Of a DNA stretch of 64,000 bases, positions 41,426-55,379 are shown one piece after another. Location: positions 63,116,001-63,180,000 of the forward strand of contig OX597818.1 of NCBI GenBank assembly GCA_951406725.2. Direction: 5' to 3'. The notes under the pieces are model-generated. The model was given only the letters and a program-made list of their open reading frames with translations, was not told the DNA's origin and did not search any database. Numbering within the stretch: position 1 is the first letter of the stretch; every line of letters starts with the position of its first letter. The translations under genes and the position numbers were made by a program. This stretch comes from Octopus vulgaris (taxonomy: Eukaryota).

Positions 41426-42884
41426 ATTATGTCTACGTTAATTCCTAGGGTTTTAAGTATATTCCTTGTTTCAATTAACCATATTCACAGTGAAGCTATG
41501 CGTTTTATATGTAATATGTTTAAATTCGCAAATTGTAGCCTGGGTGTATCAAGATATACTAAGACGGTTACCTTTCTCTAGGATATACATCGAAAGATCT
41601 TTATATATCTAATTGTCTTTAAATTATGTTGCAGATATTTTCAGTATAAATATCGACTTTTAAACGCCACCAGTAAAAATAATTGAAATTGCTTTATATT
41701 TTTGTAAAAAGAAAAACCTGTCGTTTTATTACTACGTTGTCCCATTTACAATGACATCATACAAGGATGATCTACTTGAAATATTTCATATGTTTCCATC
41801 TACATATTTATGAGAATATTCTCATATTTTATTGGATGCCCATAAAAGTACTTTATTTTGAAACCTTAAGCAGTTACATAATATTACGCTCCTACTCGAT
41901 TTTTTCAAGATGCATTCTGTATTTTAATGGTTCTTCAATATGAACATGAAGTATAAATAAATATGAGAAAATTGATATTGTCAACAACACTAACGACCTC
42001 TCTACATTTAAATTCAAATGGTTCAATTACTTTTAATTTACCACTTTAAGGGATTTTGAATAAATCTTCAAGTGTCTTGAGGCTCATCTCAGTATATGTT
42101 AGTCGATCAATAATGATCTCCTTTCAATATAAACAAGCATGCAGCCTACATAAGGCCGAAGTGAAAAATAAAGAGAAAAAAACACAAAGGTTTTAATAAC
42201 TAGGACATCGATGGATTAAAAACGAGAAGATTTCGAATAAGTTAGGAAATAATAAAAATTGCTATTCTGTTGTGTTTACTCCTATCGTTGTCTGTAGCAG
42301 CGGAGATTGTAGCGAAAACTAGAGATACACAGCTGGCAAAGTAGATAGTCTTTGTACTTCGTGTCAGTTTCTCTTGAGGGAGAGGAGATCCGCTCATGTC
42401 TCGCGATCCAGGCTCTTCCGAAACAACATTTCAATACCACTATTCCTTCAACCACAGCTCAGAGATGCAAGGCTTCCCATCACCGAAAAGGGGCTACTAT
42501 ATCTATAGCATGTAATGTTACTGAGCAAGCTGTCCTGCTTCATAAATATCGCTAAGAAACTTGCATCTATGCTATCGACTATAAATGTTGCTATGTTGAT
42601 AAGGAAGAAGGGAAGAAAAAGCAGTCACCTACCTTAATTGTATTCCTATAAGCAACCTGGTTTATCAATTTCCCTTCTCTGTGTCCATCGTTTTGTTTCC
42701 TGATTGTTGGCCACTTGTCGGTCAAGAATATATACTTTTTATGGACACAATTTTAGCGACAGATGATTTGCTATTCGTTGTATTAGTAGTGTTGTTAATT
42801 ATTTTGCTACAGAGCCCGCTGATATCGCTGCTATTGCTCTGTCCATTGCCTTTCATGTCGTTATTTTATTTACTGCTGCTGCTG

Positions 42885-43260
42885 CTGTTGATGTTGAGCG
42901 AACGGTCTACGTCCCAGAGCTCGCAAGATGGGAGAAGTCCGAAATGTGGTCTTTGCTATTCGTAAGACCCGCAGAAGAGGAAGCAAGTCAACCCCCCCAC
43001 ACCGAGAGCATCGACGGATGGATGAATGCACATCCAGGCTCAGCGGTTGCGTAGAATGTCGGGGACAAGAAACAGGAAGAAAGAGTGAGAGGAAGTTGGA
43101 GCGAAAAAATATAACAGGGGTCGCCACCACCCCCTGCCGGAGCCTCGTGGAGCTTCAGTTGTTTTCGCTCAATAAACATACACAACGCCCGGTCTGGGAA
43201 TCGAAACCGCAATCCTCCGAACGCGAGTCCGCTGCCCTAACCACCGGGCCATTGCGCCCC
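42885..43260 (-). mobile_element. tRNA-derived SINE family C
   Basis: Reverse complement of GGCGCAATGGCCCGGTGGTTAGGGCAGCGGACTCGCG..GGTTTCGATTCCCAGACCGGGCG. Confidence 0.88.
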
Positions 43261-43774
43261 ACTTGCTGCTACGGCTGCTACTGCTGTGGTTGTTGTATAT
43301 AGTGCCTATGTCAATGTTACTCCCGCTTTTGTTCCTTCTCCTATCATAACTACTGCTGATTTGATTGTTTTCCAAAAGTTATTTCTGTTGTTGTTTGTAT
43401 TGATGTTCTCGTTGATCGCAATATCTGTTCCAATGCTTGGATTCTCAGCAACATATCTTTCTCCGTGGCTGAAAATATGTGCGTTTGTGATCAAGAACAG
43501 AAGTAGCTGGGCAATATCATCGCAATGTATTGAAAGGGATTCTTTGGGGGGTTGAGTATATGTAACAAATGCAAACTTTGAGGGAAATATTTGCCGTTCT
43601 TCAAACGTTCTAGCGATGAGGAAATAGAAAACAACAATTGCAACCCAAGCACAAAAATCATGTTAAACTGTATTTTTTGAATCCAACCGCAATTCATTTG
43701 TGTATCTTCTTTATTTTATTTCAGTTCATTTTTGAAAACAGCATTAATTGTTTGTAATATTGCTACAAACTCAA

Positions 43775-43985
43775 GGCAACGTGTTGGCAGAATCGGTAGC
43801 ACGCCGGGCAAAATGCATAGCAGCCTTTCGTCCGTCTTTAATTTCTGAGTTCAAATTTCACATGGTCGACTTTACTTTTCATCCTTTCGGGGTCGACAAA
43901 ATAAGTACTAGTTTTGAACTGGTGTCGGTGTAATCGAGTTACCCACTGTCCCAGAGTTGCTGGTCTTGTATCAAAATTTGAAACC
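43775..43985 (+). mobile_element. SINE family A (diverged)
   Basis: Head, GAGTTCAAATT and TTTCATCCTTTCGGGGTCGAC core are recognisable. Confidence 0.88.
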
Positions 43986-46422
43986 ACTATCACTACAAAT
44001 TGAAACGGAACATATTAGTTGGTTAAATCCTCTCCATTACTTGACGTCTGCTTTATATATTATGTCTTATACCCTGGATGGGCGAAAAAAAATGCTTACT
44101 TGTGTAAACTCTGAAGTCAGTACATAATGATAACTTAATATTGAATTATAGTTGTGCCAAATTAACATTTCTAGTTATTTAACCCACACAATTTTGATGA
44201 ACGTATTTGTTCCATTCGATAAATCTGAGATAACCCCTAACAACTGATTTACCAGCCTTAAGTAAACATAATTAACCGACACCTGGTGTATGCTTCCTAT
44301 GACCAAGTCAACTGCTGCAGGGTATCCACACCACGTAATGATTCCTAAACATCTAATAGAAGAATCGATTCATTGGAGCATGACGATAACTATATCTCTT
44401 ACACTGATATACTGCAGAATATACACATGGATGATATATGGGTATATTTGGATGAAATCATCACATTTTCTGGAATTATATTTCATTAACCACTGATGGA
44501 TAAAAATTTAATTTGAAATCATCATTATTTGAATTTTTGAATCTGCACTAAAGCATTCTTACAATGTTCTCCAGTATATTCTTTTCAAGTAAGTCAAACA
44601 TTTCATATTGAAAAAAATTCGAAAGATGGACTTACACACGACACATGCTGAAAATACAACTTTAACACTGGTTGAATTGAATCTGATCTTATTAACAGAG
44701 CTCTAGATATTGGGGGTTGATAAAAATATATGCTACTATTAAATGTTATAATATATTACTATAAAATAATCAAGGAGTTTTGAAAAAAAAACAAATATGA
44801 TGTAGGAGAATACTGCATCATAAACATTGTGGCTTGAATGGTCTGCAGATAACATTCTACTGTAATTAGCAAAATAAACCGTTAATCATTTAATCAAGTA
44901 GTTTTTCTTCTTTAAAAAGTAAACATATTTTAGGTATACAGTATCATTATTTCATATATTAGCTATGTGCGTTCACTATACGAAATCAAATAGTGTACAG
45001 GTGAATGAGTCAAGGCGCACACCTTCACATTTTACGTAAAATATGATAATCTTCATATAATATTTAGCACATAGCACATACATATAAAATCATTTTCAAA
45101 TATATATTGAGCTAATGTGAGTCATCGCTTTCCATTACTGATATATACTTTGTCCTAAATAACATATTTCATTACTTATAGGTAGGTTTTTTCCCCTCAT
45201 TATTATATACCCCCATACGCTATCTTCCAATAAAGAATTTCCTATTTCCCCACTCTTTGTGACTTAATGGATTACTTATGTATATTATTTCGTTATGGCA
45301 ATATTAACAGTTTAACCATTTATGTACGCTTCTTTCAACAGATATCTGAATCATTTCTCCCTAGGTTTGCCGTTCCTTAGTAAACTCATTCTGATTGCAT
45401 GTTCCAATTGTTACTGATCTTATGAATATCATTGGGATTGATCTAAAAATAGTAGACAAATATTATGAAATTGTTGGACATCTCATCCCAAATAAGGGTT
45501 AAAAAATATTATTCTACGTTTCTCGAAATGTTTTCGAATCAACATAAACTTTATCATCACTACATTAATTCCTTAAAAATATTATCGCCATAACACAAAA
45601 AAGCAACGTTTCCTCGGGGAAAAGGAACGGCTTTTCGGATGGAAAATCTTCCGAGTACTGTTTTGATATTGCCTCTGCTTCAGGCTGTTTTTGAACTAAT
45701 AATGTGTTCGAGTGACCTGGTTAATAAAAAAATATGAAAGTGCAAAGTTTGGTAAGTAGAGAGGCTGAGGTGAAGTGTACAACCCGAATGAAATCATCTT
45801 TAATTTGGTTATCTTCGCTAAATGTGGATCTGCATTATCATGTTCATTAGTGGATTACACTTATTCAACTAGGACCGGTTACTTTTTGATCAAAATATGA
45901 TTAACTAATTCAAACCGTTGACAAAAAGTTTTCAACAGTTTTTTTTTTTCCATTGTTCCAACATCAGAATTGAGAAATACCAAATGTATGCCATCGAATG
46001 CACATCAAAAGTTTTACTGCGGGGAAAACTGGGATGGTAGATGTAACTGGATATTTAGTTGGCGATAACGTGTGCCTTGTAAGTTTAGGTTTGACATAAA
46101 CATTCTATATTTCACCAGTGTTATATTTCGACGAAATCATGGCACTTGTCAATTTCTGATTAACAATTTGCTGCAAAATGTTAATCGTACTGCGATATTC
46201 ACGGGTAAGATCACCTAAGGTACATTTTCTATACACTTTATGACACAAGGCTTATTAAGCTTGTGGGATAAGTCCCGGGTACTCTCAAGCCGAACCCTTG
46301 AATTGCGATTTGCTACGCCTAGTACATTCCGTTTGGCGACATTTTGGGCAATAAAGAGCAAACGTTTTTCTATAGGGAAGGGAAGGATTGCTCATTATCA
46401 CTATGCCTGATATATCTCACCT

Positions 46423-46461
<39 letters not shown>

Positions 46462-46467
46462 GGAGAC

Positions 46468-47009
46468 GAATACAGTGTACATTCAAACACATAAGAGATA
46501 ACCAATAATAAGATACCTGACTCACTAGAAAGAACAGTTAAATCTCCAAGCCACTAATAGTTGCAATTCTGAAAGGGAATGAAAATTAAAAACATTTAAC
46601 CTATTTTTCCTAGACTATGCATAGTTTCTGCAATCTTATATAAATTAAAATAAAATAATTCCAATTTATATCTGGCGCTGTTTCGTCAGTAGGATGCTAG
46701 GGATCGAACATATAGATACGAGGCGACAAGTAACATGCCACGTGTCTATATGTTATAATTTTTCGAATCCACTGCGCAAATGCGGGACTATCCGAGGTAA
46801 ATTAATGATAAAAGGTTTTTTTGTTAATTTTGAAAGAAAATCGGCAATTTATTTACTTTTTATTTTATTCGGCAATTTTATTTACTTTTATTTTTCATTC
46901 CCTTTCAGAATTGAACAATCAGTGGCTTGGAGTTTTAACTGCTCTTTCTAGTTAGTCAGATATCCTATTTTTTGGTTATCTCTTATGTGTTTGAATGTAC
47001 ACTGTATTC
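46468..47009. repeat. Inverted repeat with ~125-bp arms and a ~300-bp spacer containing a hairpin
   Basis: GAATACAGTGTACATTCAAACACATAAGAGATAACC.. (46468-46590) pairs with 46886-47009; inner hairpin at 46707-46754. Confidence 0.88.
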
Positions 47010-47156
47010 TTCTCTGAATAATGTATAGTCTATTGACTAAATTTTTCCTTCTAGCTAGACCACTGGCAACAAAGAATATCTGTATAAATATTTTTGCAAC
47101 CCTAAGACTTTTTAATAAAAGATTTTTGAATATATAAAAATAAAAGTATGTATATA

Positions 47157-47425
47157 TTCTTTTATTCTTTTACTTGTTTCAAATATTTGACTGCAGCCAT
47201 CCTGGAGCACTGCTGTTAGTCGAAGAAATTGACCCAAGGACTTATTCTTTGTGAGTCTGGTATTTATTCTATCGTTCTCTTTTCTCGAATCGCTAAGTTG
47301 CACGGACGAAAACATAACAACATCTGTTGTCAAGTGATGGTGGGGGTACAGACGTGGACGCAAAGACATACACACTAACACACACACACACACTAACACA
47401 GACACACACACACACAAACACACAT
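47157..47425 (-). mobile_element. 3' part of SINE family B
   Basis: Tail match up to the CA tract. Confidence 0.8.
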
Positions 47426-48400
47426 GTTAAATTATTGAGAGAATAAAGCCAAGGCTGTGTGGAATTATCAAGACATCTATGAGGGGTAAATTAATCCTAA
47501 ACCTATTTCTGGGATATTAGGGATACCCCTTCATCAGAAACGATGTGACATGGTTAAATAGAGTGAAATATTGGAGTACAATATGAGGAGGTATTTTGGA
47601 AAAGGCAGGAAATCAGGAGTATATAAGGAAATAGGAGGATGAATGCAGAAATAAAAGTAAAAATATATAAAAATGTTGTAGTTGCAGGTCTATTATCCAA
47701 GGAATGCGGTGTGTTGAAGTGGTAGTAATTCATATTTTTCATTACAAATGGAAATTGTGGAGACGTAAATTTCATGTGCTGTTCATCCAAAGTTAACTTG
47801 TTGTGTGAATGAAAATGTGAGAATTTCATGGTTGTATTAAGTGGATAGAGAGGAGAAAAGAGATGTGTATGTGAAAATGAGGAGTAAGGTTAAAGGGAAA
47901 GGTCAGAAAAGAAGGAAAGTAAAAAGGAAGAGGAACTGTTAAGTTGAACAAAAATGAGAAAAATTGAGGGAAAAGGAAACGAGTAAAAGATAGTGAAAAA
48001 ATGTGAAAACGGGAGTGTTATTTTGTGGACAAGATATAATGGGGTGAGTGGGAGAATAGTAGCGGAGGGCTAGGAAGAGATAAGACCGTAAGTAATGGAT
48101 ATGCGTGCGGTGTGTCACGTTGGGTGATATGTTAGAATGACACTAAGAGATGGGTACAGAAAAAAAGGAAGGGGTTTCTAAAGGGAGTAGTAAACCTTAA
48201 GACGGAAGGGAAGAATACTAAGAATGGTCAAGTTTCTATAAATAGACCTATGTGTTTAGTGTTGTAGCTAATGTGATAGTGTGGGTTGAGGAATCGGAGA
48301 GAAAGAAAGAAGTGTATACTGATATACGCACGTGTACATACATATAAATATGTGTGTGTATGCAGTAATATATAGGCCTGCGTACTTGTGTATTTAAACT
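47426..48400 (-). mobile_element. Degenerate PLE terminal-repeat-like remnant with a decayed hammerhead motif
   Basis: The - strand reads TCTGATGAAGGGGTATCCCTAATATCCCAGAAATAGG at ~47500-47538, with purine-skewed flanking sequence. Confidence 0.45.
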
Positions 48401-48412
48401 CGTACGCCGGCA

Positions 48413-48494
<82 letters not shown>

Positions 48495-48545
48495 CGCATA
48501 TATATACATATATACGCATGCATGCGTACGCATATATATGTACAC

Positions 48546-48603
<58 letters not shown>

Positions 48604-51600
48604 GAACACGCGCATATACACACACATACATATATGCACAAACACGCATACCCACGAATATATGCATATACGCATAGACGTGCGTTCATATACACGCACA
48701 CATGCACACGTACACGCACACGCACATGCACACGCACATGCACACACACGCACGAACACATACACACATATATATAAACTCACGGTTTCTCAATATTTTG
48801 AATCAGTCTTAGTAACGTAAATAAAAAATAAACATCAGTAAATTTTCTGCTTACGTGTAAACTATAAAATTGTGTTTAAATGTTTTAAGTATTTTGATGG
48901 TGTTACGATTTGGTTTGTGCGTTGCACGTGAATATTCTGTGAATATAATATCAAAGACCAAAAGCCTATTTAAGCACTAGTTTTCTTTGTATATAGTACG
49001 TTTGCAATATATTATGTATAAAGAATTGATATGACAGAAAGATAAAATGATTATTATCCTTTCAATACGAAAACATTAGGCGAGTTGTAAACAATATAAT
49101 GTACATAAAACCGAATAGACAAGTTGAATTATTCAAAAGAGCATACAAATAGTGAAAGCTTTGGAAACAATACGGTTTCATTTTTTTCTTTACTTACGTA
49201 TCAGCAGAATATGTTAAAGTATTGATATATCATAATTTCGTATATATGTTTTAGTATGTCATATTATAAATACTTATAAAATATTAAATTTTAAAATTCT
49301 AAAACGTAAGATAGAGGCATGTGTGTATAGTATAGTAAAATTCGTATCAACGATTTGTGTCATGACTTACTACTCAAAATTTGTAATAAAACTTGTGGCT
49401 CTAATACATCTTAGCATTTATTACAAAACGACATTTACGCGCACGATACGTCCAAATTGGTTTCCCCTTTATTAAAATAATTTTGCCGAAACTTTTTTAA
49501 TTATTAAACTTTTTTTTAATTATTAAACTAATTTCAAACAAAATTCCCTAGGCATAATCAAAGTAATACCAGGGGATGGTCATGCTATTTTCAATTTTTT
49601 TAAACGGAAGAATAAGTTCTACGTTTTGCACACAAGGAATTTCAACACACAAAATGGTTGTGTACAGACGCTGTATATGGACACGTATTCTTATATAACT
49701 GCATACAGAGACGCCAAAATATTACTGGATTTATCTATAATGCACAGCTGCATAGATCTAGTTATTGATATATTCATTCGTATGCAATATCACTAGGTAG
49801 GTTGCCAATGTATCTACCTAAGTAATACTAGTGGTGTTTAAGAAAGGAAAGTTGCTAAATGTTTTTAGAAGATATCGAATAATGTTGTCATAACTATCTT
49901 CCAGAAGCAACGTTCTCCAACCAAGAATCGACCGGTTTTCAGTAGCTTTACACAAGTGACTAAATCGAACTTAAAATCCTCTTTAAAGATGTGGGAAATA
50001 CGCCCAGAATGTTGACGCAGTCCGAATGCCTTCTGTGTTTCTTGTTGCTGGCCACAGCTGCGTTTTCCGTGTTGCAGCTGTCTACAATACGTCTTACAAT
50101 CTTTAAAGTGTTCACAGAGCATAGAGCAGTAGTTAGGATGTTTGCAGTTTGAGGCCCGGCGCGAATCGTTATGATACAGTAAACCTTTTCCCAGTATTCA
50201 GATGACTACTAGTAGTCGACTATACGTTTCATATTTTATGCATTCCAACTTCATTGACTTTTCATCAATGTATCAAGTTGTTCTAGAGAAAAGAAAGGAG
50301 ACGTATAACTTATCAAATGTAACCCTCTATAATATATAATAATAATAATAATAATTGTGTACAGTGCTCAGGTGCACTACAACTCATCTAAAGTGTATAT
50401 AATAAGGCTACTGCCTGGTTTAAATTTTTTCCTTGAAGAACAAAAAAAAGTGTTCTTTTAACGGCAACTTTATCCCTAATTGAAATCATTTGTGAGTTTG
50501 TGCAACGAGTTTCTGAATCATTTATTTTATTATCGAAAACTGCCAAAATACATCAGCAACATCATTTAACAGACACCTGACTTAAACTTTGAATGATTGA
50601 AATGAAATAAATATCCACCAAGCTATATTTCTTCAGAAAATAGTAAGTTAAAGAAATAATACCCAGGCGCAACTATGAATATACTAGACACTATCTTTAT
50701 ATCAACCTTATTGCATTCTGAAACTAGGCATAGCAATAACCATCTTTCCTTCTTCAGGAAAACAACATTATTTCCTTTCTACCCAGAAATTCTTTTCTAG
50801 TAGCCATTAACTACACTGATACCGCTCACCTTCGATTATCGCCGAAGGTTGCAAGCTGAGCAACTTCTTCTAGACCAATGAAATACATAATAAAAGGAAA
50901 ACCAGTGTTCAAAGTTATCCAAACGTTCTCGCAATTAGAAGATCGTATACAATAAAATATCACTAGATTCTTACTGTGGGGCTAAAGTTGCATTTAACAT
51001 TTATTACTATATATCTGAATTATGAAAGGAATGGAGTATTTGACAGAATACCAATTTGTGTAAGAATTCTTCATAATTCATGTAAAATAGTAACAAAGCT
51101 ACATACAATAAGGGTTAACACTTATTTTCTCCCATGTGTTTCCTTTTAATACCACTCGTGCAGGAAACAGAGGCAGAAAAAGTGCTTATGTCATTAGCAG
51201 GTCCTTCGAGAGTGATCAGATTAATACGATAATACAACCAGCGCTCGAATTAAGCTACAATTAAACCTATATACTACATGCGTGTAGTAATCCAGAATGA
51301 TGATATTACCAGAAGAGAGGCATTGGGTATTGGGTCTATTAAAGTGCTTGTAGAGTTTAAGACAACATAAAGGGCAACGCAAAAAGAATAACATGCAATT
51401 AAAGAGAGCACGGACGGCGACTGGAATTTGTATTTATTGCAGAAATGTGATTTTATGCGTGTAAGTCAGATCCCATTTTTCATGATATGTTTGTATGAAA
51501 CAACAGTGGCAGAATTATCACAGTGTGGAAAAGGTATTCTAAACTAGTTCAAAACTGAAATACATATTCTGTATTCTTGATGACAAATTATTTATAAAAG

Positions 51601-51726
51601 AACTTAACACATTACTAATTAATTACTCAATAATACATGATCTTATATTCAGTTTTAGCATCTGAAGTTGCAGCAAAATTTCTGGAGATATCCTAGCAGT
51701 TGTTAAACTATATTTAAGTAATATAG

Positions 51727-52148
51727 GGCGGCGAGCTGGCAGAAACGTTAGCACGCCGGGTGAAATACATGGCCGTATTTCGTCTGCCGTTACCTTCTGA
51801 GTTCAAATCCCGCCGAGGTCGACTTTGCCATTCATTTTATTGACCTGGAAAGGATGAAAGGCAAAGTCGACCTCGGCGGAATTTGAACTCAAAAAGTAGC
51901 GGCAGACGAAATTTCGCTAAATATTTCGCCCGGCTTGCTAACGATTCTTTTCTACTCTAAGCATAAGCAAAATTTTTAGGGAGGGGACCAGTTGATCCGA
52001 TCGCCCCCTGTACGCAAGAGGTACTTAATCTATTGATCCTGAATGGATGAAAGGCATAGTCGACTTCGAATTTGAACTTCGAACGTAAAGACATGAAATT
52101 CCGCTAAGCATTTCGCCCGACGTGGTAACGCTTCTGCCAGCTCGCGGC
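51727..52148. mobile_element. Cluster of three family A SINE pieces (one +, two -)
   Basis: A + strand head at 51727-51835 is joined to - strand copies at ~51840-51950 and ~51950-52148. Confidence 0.88.
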
Positions 52149-52363
52149 TTTATACGTATGCATAATAACCAGCGCTTCTGCTTCTAGATGACAAGTTATT
52201 TATAAAAAGAACTTAACACACTACTAATGAATTACTCAATAATACATGATCTTATATGTTAGCAATAACAAGGGTGAGAGTAATTTAGAATATTCGGTAT
52301 CCTAGCAGTTGTTAAACTACATTTATGTAATATCAATGTGTGTATGTGTGTATGTTGGTGTGT

Positions 52364-52751
52364 GGAGGCGCAATGGCCCAGTGGTTAGGGCAGCGGACTC
52401 GCGGTCATACGATCGCGGTTTCGATTCCCAGACCGGGCGTTGTGAGTGTTTATTGAGCGAAAACACCTAAAAGCTCCACGAGGTTCCGGCAGGGGATGGT
52501 GGTGATCCCTGCTGTACTCTTTCACCACAACTTTCTCTCACTCTTACTTCCTGTTTCTGTTGTACCTGTATTTCAAGAGGCCGGACTTGTCACTCTCTGT
52601 GTCACGCTGAATATCCCCGAGAACTACGTTAAGTGTATACGTGTCTGTGGAGTGCTCAGCCACTTACACGTTAATTTCACGAGCAGGCTGTTCCGTTGAT
52701 TCGGATCAATCGGAACCCTCATCGTCGTAACCGACGGAGTGCTTCCACAAC
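52364..52751 (+). mobile_element. SINE family C, full length
   Basis: tRNA-like head GGAGGCGCAATGGCCCAGTGGTTAGGGCAGCGGACTCGCGG..GGTTTCGATTCCC; flanked by GTTGGTGT on both sides. Confidence 0.93.
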
Positions 52752-53125
52752 GTTGGTGTATGTATTTATCATTACTGACTGACATTGCCTCCGAACAAGA
52801 TAAACAGGTAATAAACAGATTCGGAAGAAGCTGAAAAGGAAAAGGAAACAGAAATCTCGTTTTAATACGTGCTTTCTTTGGTTCTCTTCTGCAGGCTTAA
52901 TTGAGTAATTAAGCGGCGCTGTGGATTTGATGAAATAAACAGTGCATTGTTTCTTAGAAGCATTGATTTGTAAGAGTTTCATTTATTGTCCTTTGTCTTT
53001 GGAATATATCTGTCTCATTTGCCTCCTGAGATATTTTGTTGTGTTTTAAGTATTCTGTCTCTATCTAAGAGAATATAAAAGCAACGCCTGATAATGTTCT
53101 ACACTTAGGGAGATTAATATTAATT

Positions 53126-53175
<50 letters not shown>

Positions 53176-53182
53176 TATATAT

Positions 53183-53225
<43 letters not shown>

Positions 53226-53243
53226 CATACATATATATGTATA

Positions 53244-53275
<32 letters not shown>

Positions 53276-53339
53276 CATATATATAGATATAGATATATAT
53301 ATACACACACACACATATACATATATATATACGGCAGCC

Positions 53340-54540
53340 CATTTATCATCTACATAGTAAATAACTAGAAGCGATACCTGCATGAATGCTTCATTCTTTA
53401 GCATGAAAGTATAGAGAGACTTAAAGAATTCCAAGCACTTATAAATAGACTTGGCGTAAACATTCAATACACAATGGAATATAGCCATCAACAATTTCCC
53501 TTCTTCGACATCCTCATTAGGAAATCTAAAAGCGTAACAGGAATAGATATATACTATATGCCCATAGACTCCAAGCAATATCTACCGTTTAACTCATGCC
53601 ACCCGAGACACATGAGAATGTATATCCCCTTCAAACTAATAAAAAGAATATATACTACAGTTCCTAATGCAAACGCCAGAGACACACGACTACATGAAGT
53701 AAAGTATACACTCACCACCGGGAACTACCCACCTTCACTAATTGACATATGCTTTCAACGTGCCATACAACTCAACATCCACGAACTCAATTATCTCAAA
53801 GTAAAGAAGGATTTACAAACACATGAAGTAAAGTATACACTCATCACCGGGAACTACCCACCTTCACTAATTGACATATGCTTTCAACGTGCCATACAAC
53901 TCAACATCCACGAACTCAATTATCTCAAATTAAAGAAGGATTTACAAACACAATCCCTACCATACATCACACACAACCCTTTTAAGAATAATGCCTTCGA
54001 CACCATTCATCAAAATATTTCTCTGCTAAAAAAGGACCCCGGAATGAACTTAATCCTCCAAACACACACCATCATAAAAAGCAAGAGGCAACCCAGATCT
54101 ATGAAAAATCACCTAACACAAGACCGAATACGCTCAGCAACACAGAAGCAGTCAGTAAAAAATAACAGGCGGAAGACCTAACTGTGGAGTGTGCATCAAT
54201 TTAATTGAGGGATCGGAGTTCTCCAAACAGGGTCAACGATTCACAGTGAAAAGCAGCTTCACAAGTGCTTCGGAGAATCTGATATACGCACTAAGCTGAT
54301 CGGGGTGTCAAGCGCAATATATAGGCCAAACAAAAACAGTCTACGTCAAAAATGGCTCTGCACAGATCCCAGATCAAAATTCCCAAAGATAGAAGAATAC
54401 CATTCAGCTAGCTCAACGCCAATAACAAGATTCCAAGCTTCAGAATTTTTCCCCTCTACCAATTCAAGGACAGAAGAACCTGTAGCCAACGAATTAGTAA
54501 AGACACCCTCTTTATTACAAAATACAGATCCCTTTTGAAT
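53340..54540 (+). mobile_element. Penelope-like element fragment: RT C-terminus, linker and GIY-YIG endonuclease (pseudogenised)
   Basis: [10 protein letters not shown] (consensus WxRYLDDCFIxW); [40 protein letters not shown]; CGVC; NLIYAL..GC..QYIGQT. ORF 53474-54181. Confidence 0.92.
53692..53949 (+). repeat. 129-bp in-frame tandem duplication (2 copies)
   Basis: Copies 53692-53820 and 53821-53949 differ at about 2 positions. Confidence 0.95.
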
Positions 54541-55029
54541 ATATCTGCAACAAACGAAATATCCACCACGGCCTTAGAATAACGCAAACATCAAAAATGA
54601 TACATTCAAGAGATACCCAAGAATTCATTAAAAACAGTTCCAATCACTGCTATAATCCACAACGAGCACTTTCATGACACTTGACCATTTGACATCCTAC
54701 TACTAACATACCACCTACATTCCTTCATATTCTTCCTTCTCTTCCTCCTTCTTCTTGGTCGCCTTGTTCCTCTCCGCCACCTCCTTCCAATCTTTACCAC
54801 TATTGCTGTTTAGAATAACACCTACGCATATTTTATAAAGAAAACATTCAAAAGTGTTGTCTCAATCATTCAATCATTACCATCATCCACGACACACTTT
54901 CAAGGCACTTGACCATTTAACATCCTACTATTACCATGGCACTCCCTCTTTCTTCTTGTTCTCATCCTCTTTTTCGTACTTCTTCCTCTTCTTCTTCCTC
55001 CTCTTCTTCTTCTTCTTCTTCTTCTCCTT

Positions 55030-55295
55030 TTTCTCTGCTAAGAATTCACAGACTCGCGGTTGAGGGATCGCGGGTGTGCGTTTATTAGCGAATCACCTAA
55101 GCTCCACGCGGCTCCACCAGAAGGTAATGGCGAACTTCTGCTGACTCTTTCACCACAACTATCTCTCGCTCTTTCCTTCTGCATTTAGCAGCTCACCTGC
55201 GACGGACAGGCGTCCCGTCCAGGTGGGGACCTTATACGCCAAGGGAACGGGGAAGAGGCCCTATGAGCCAGGCCTGAGTCGAGAAGGAACAAACC

Positions 55296-55296
<1 letters not shown>
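55030..55296 (+). mobile_element. SINE family C variant, 5'-truncated
   Basis: Matches the copy at 62873-63172. Confidence 0.85.

Positions 55297-55379
<83 letters not shown>

Noticed and set aside
52364-52440. tRNA gene
   Set aside because: It is the tRNA-like head of a multi-copy SINE with no proper acceptor stem.
53474-54181. 235-aa ORF as a functional gene
   Set aside because: It is a Penelope fragment with flanking stops and frameshifts and a decayed RT active site.
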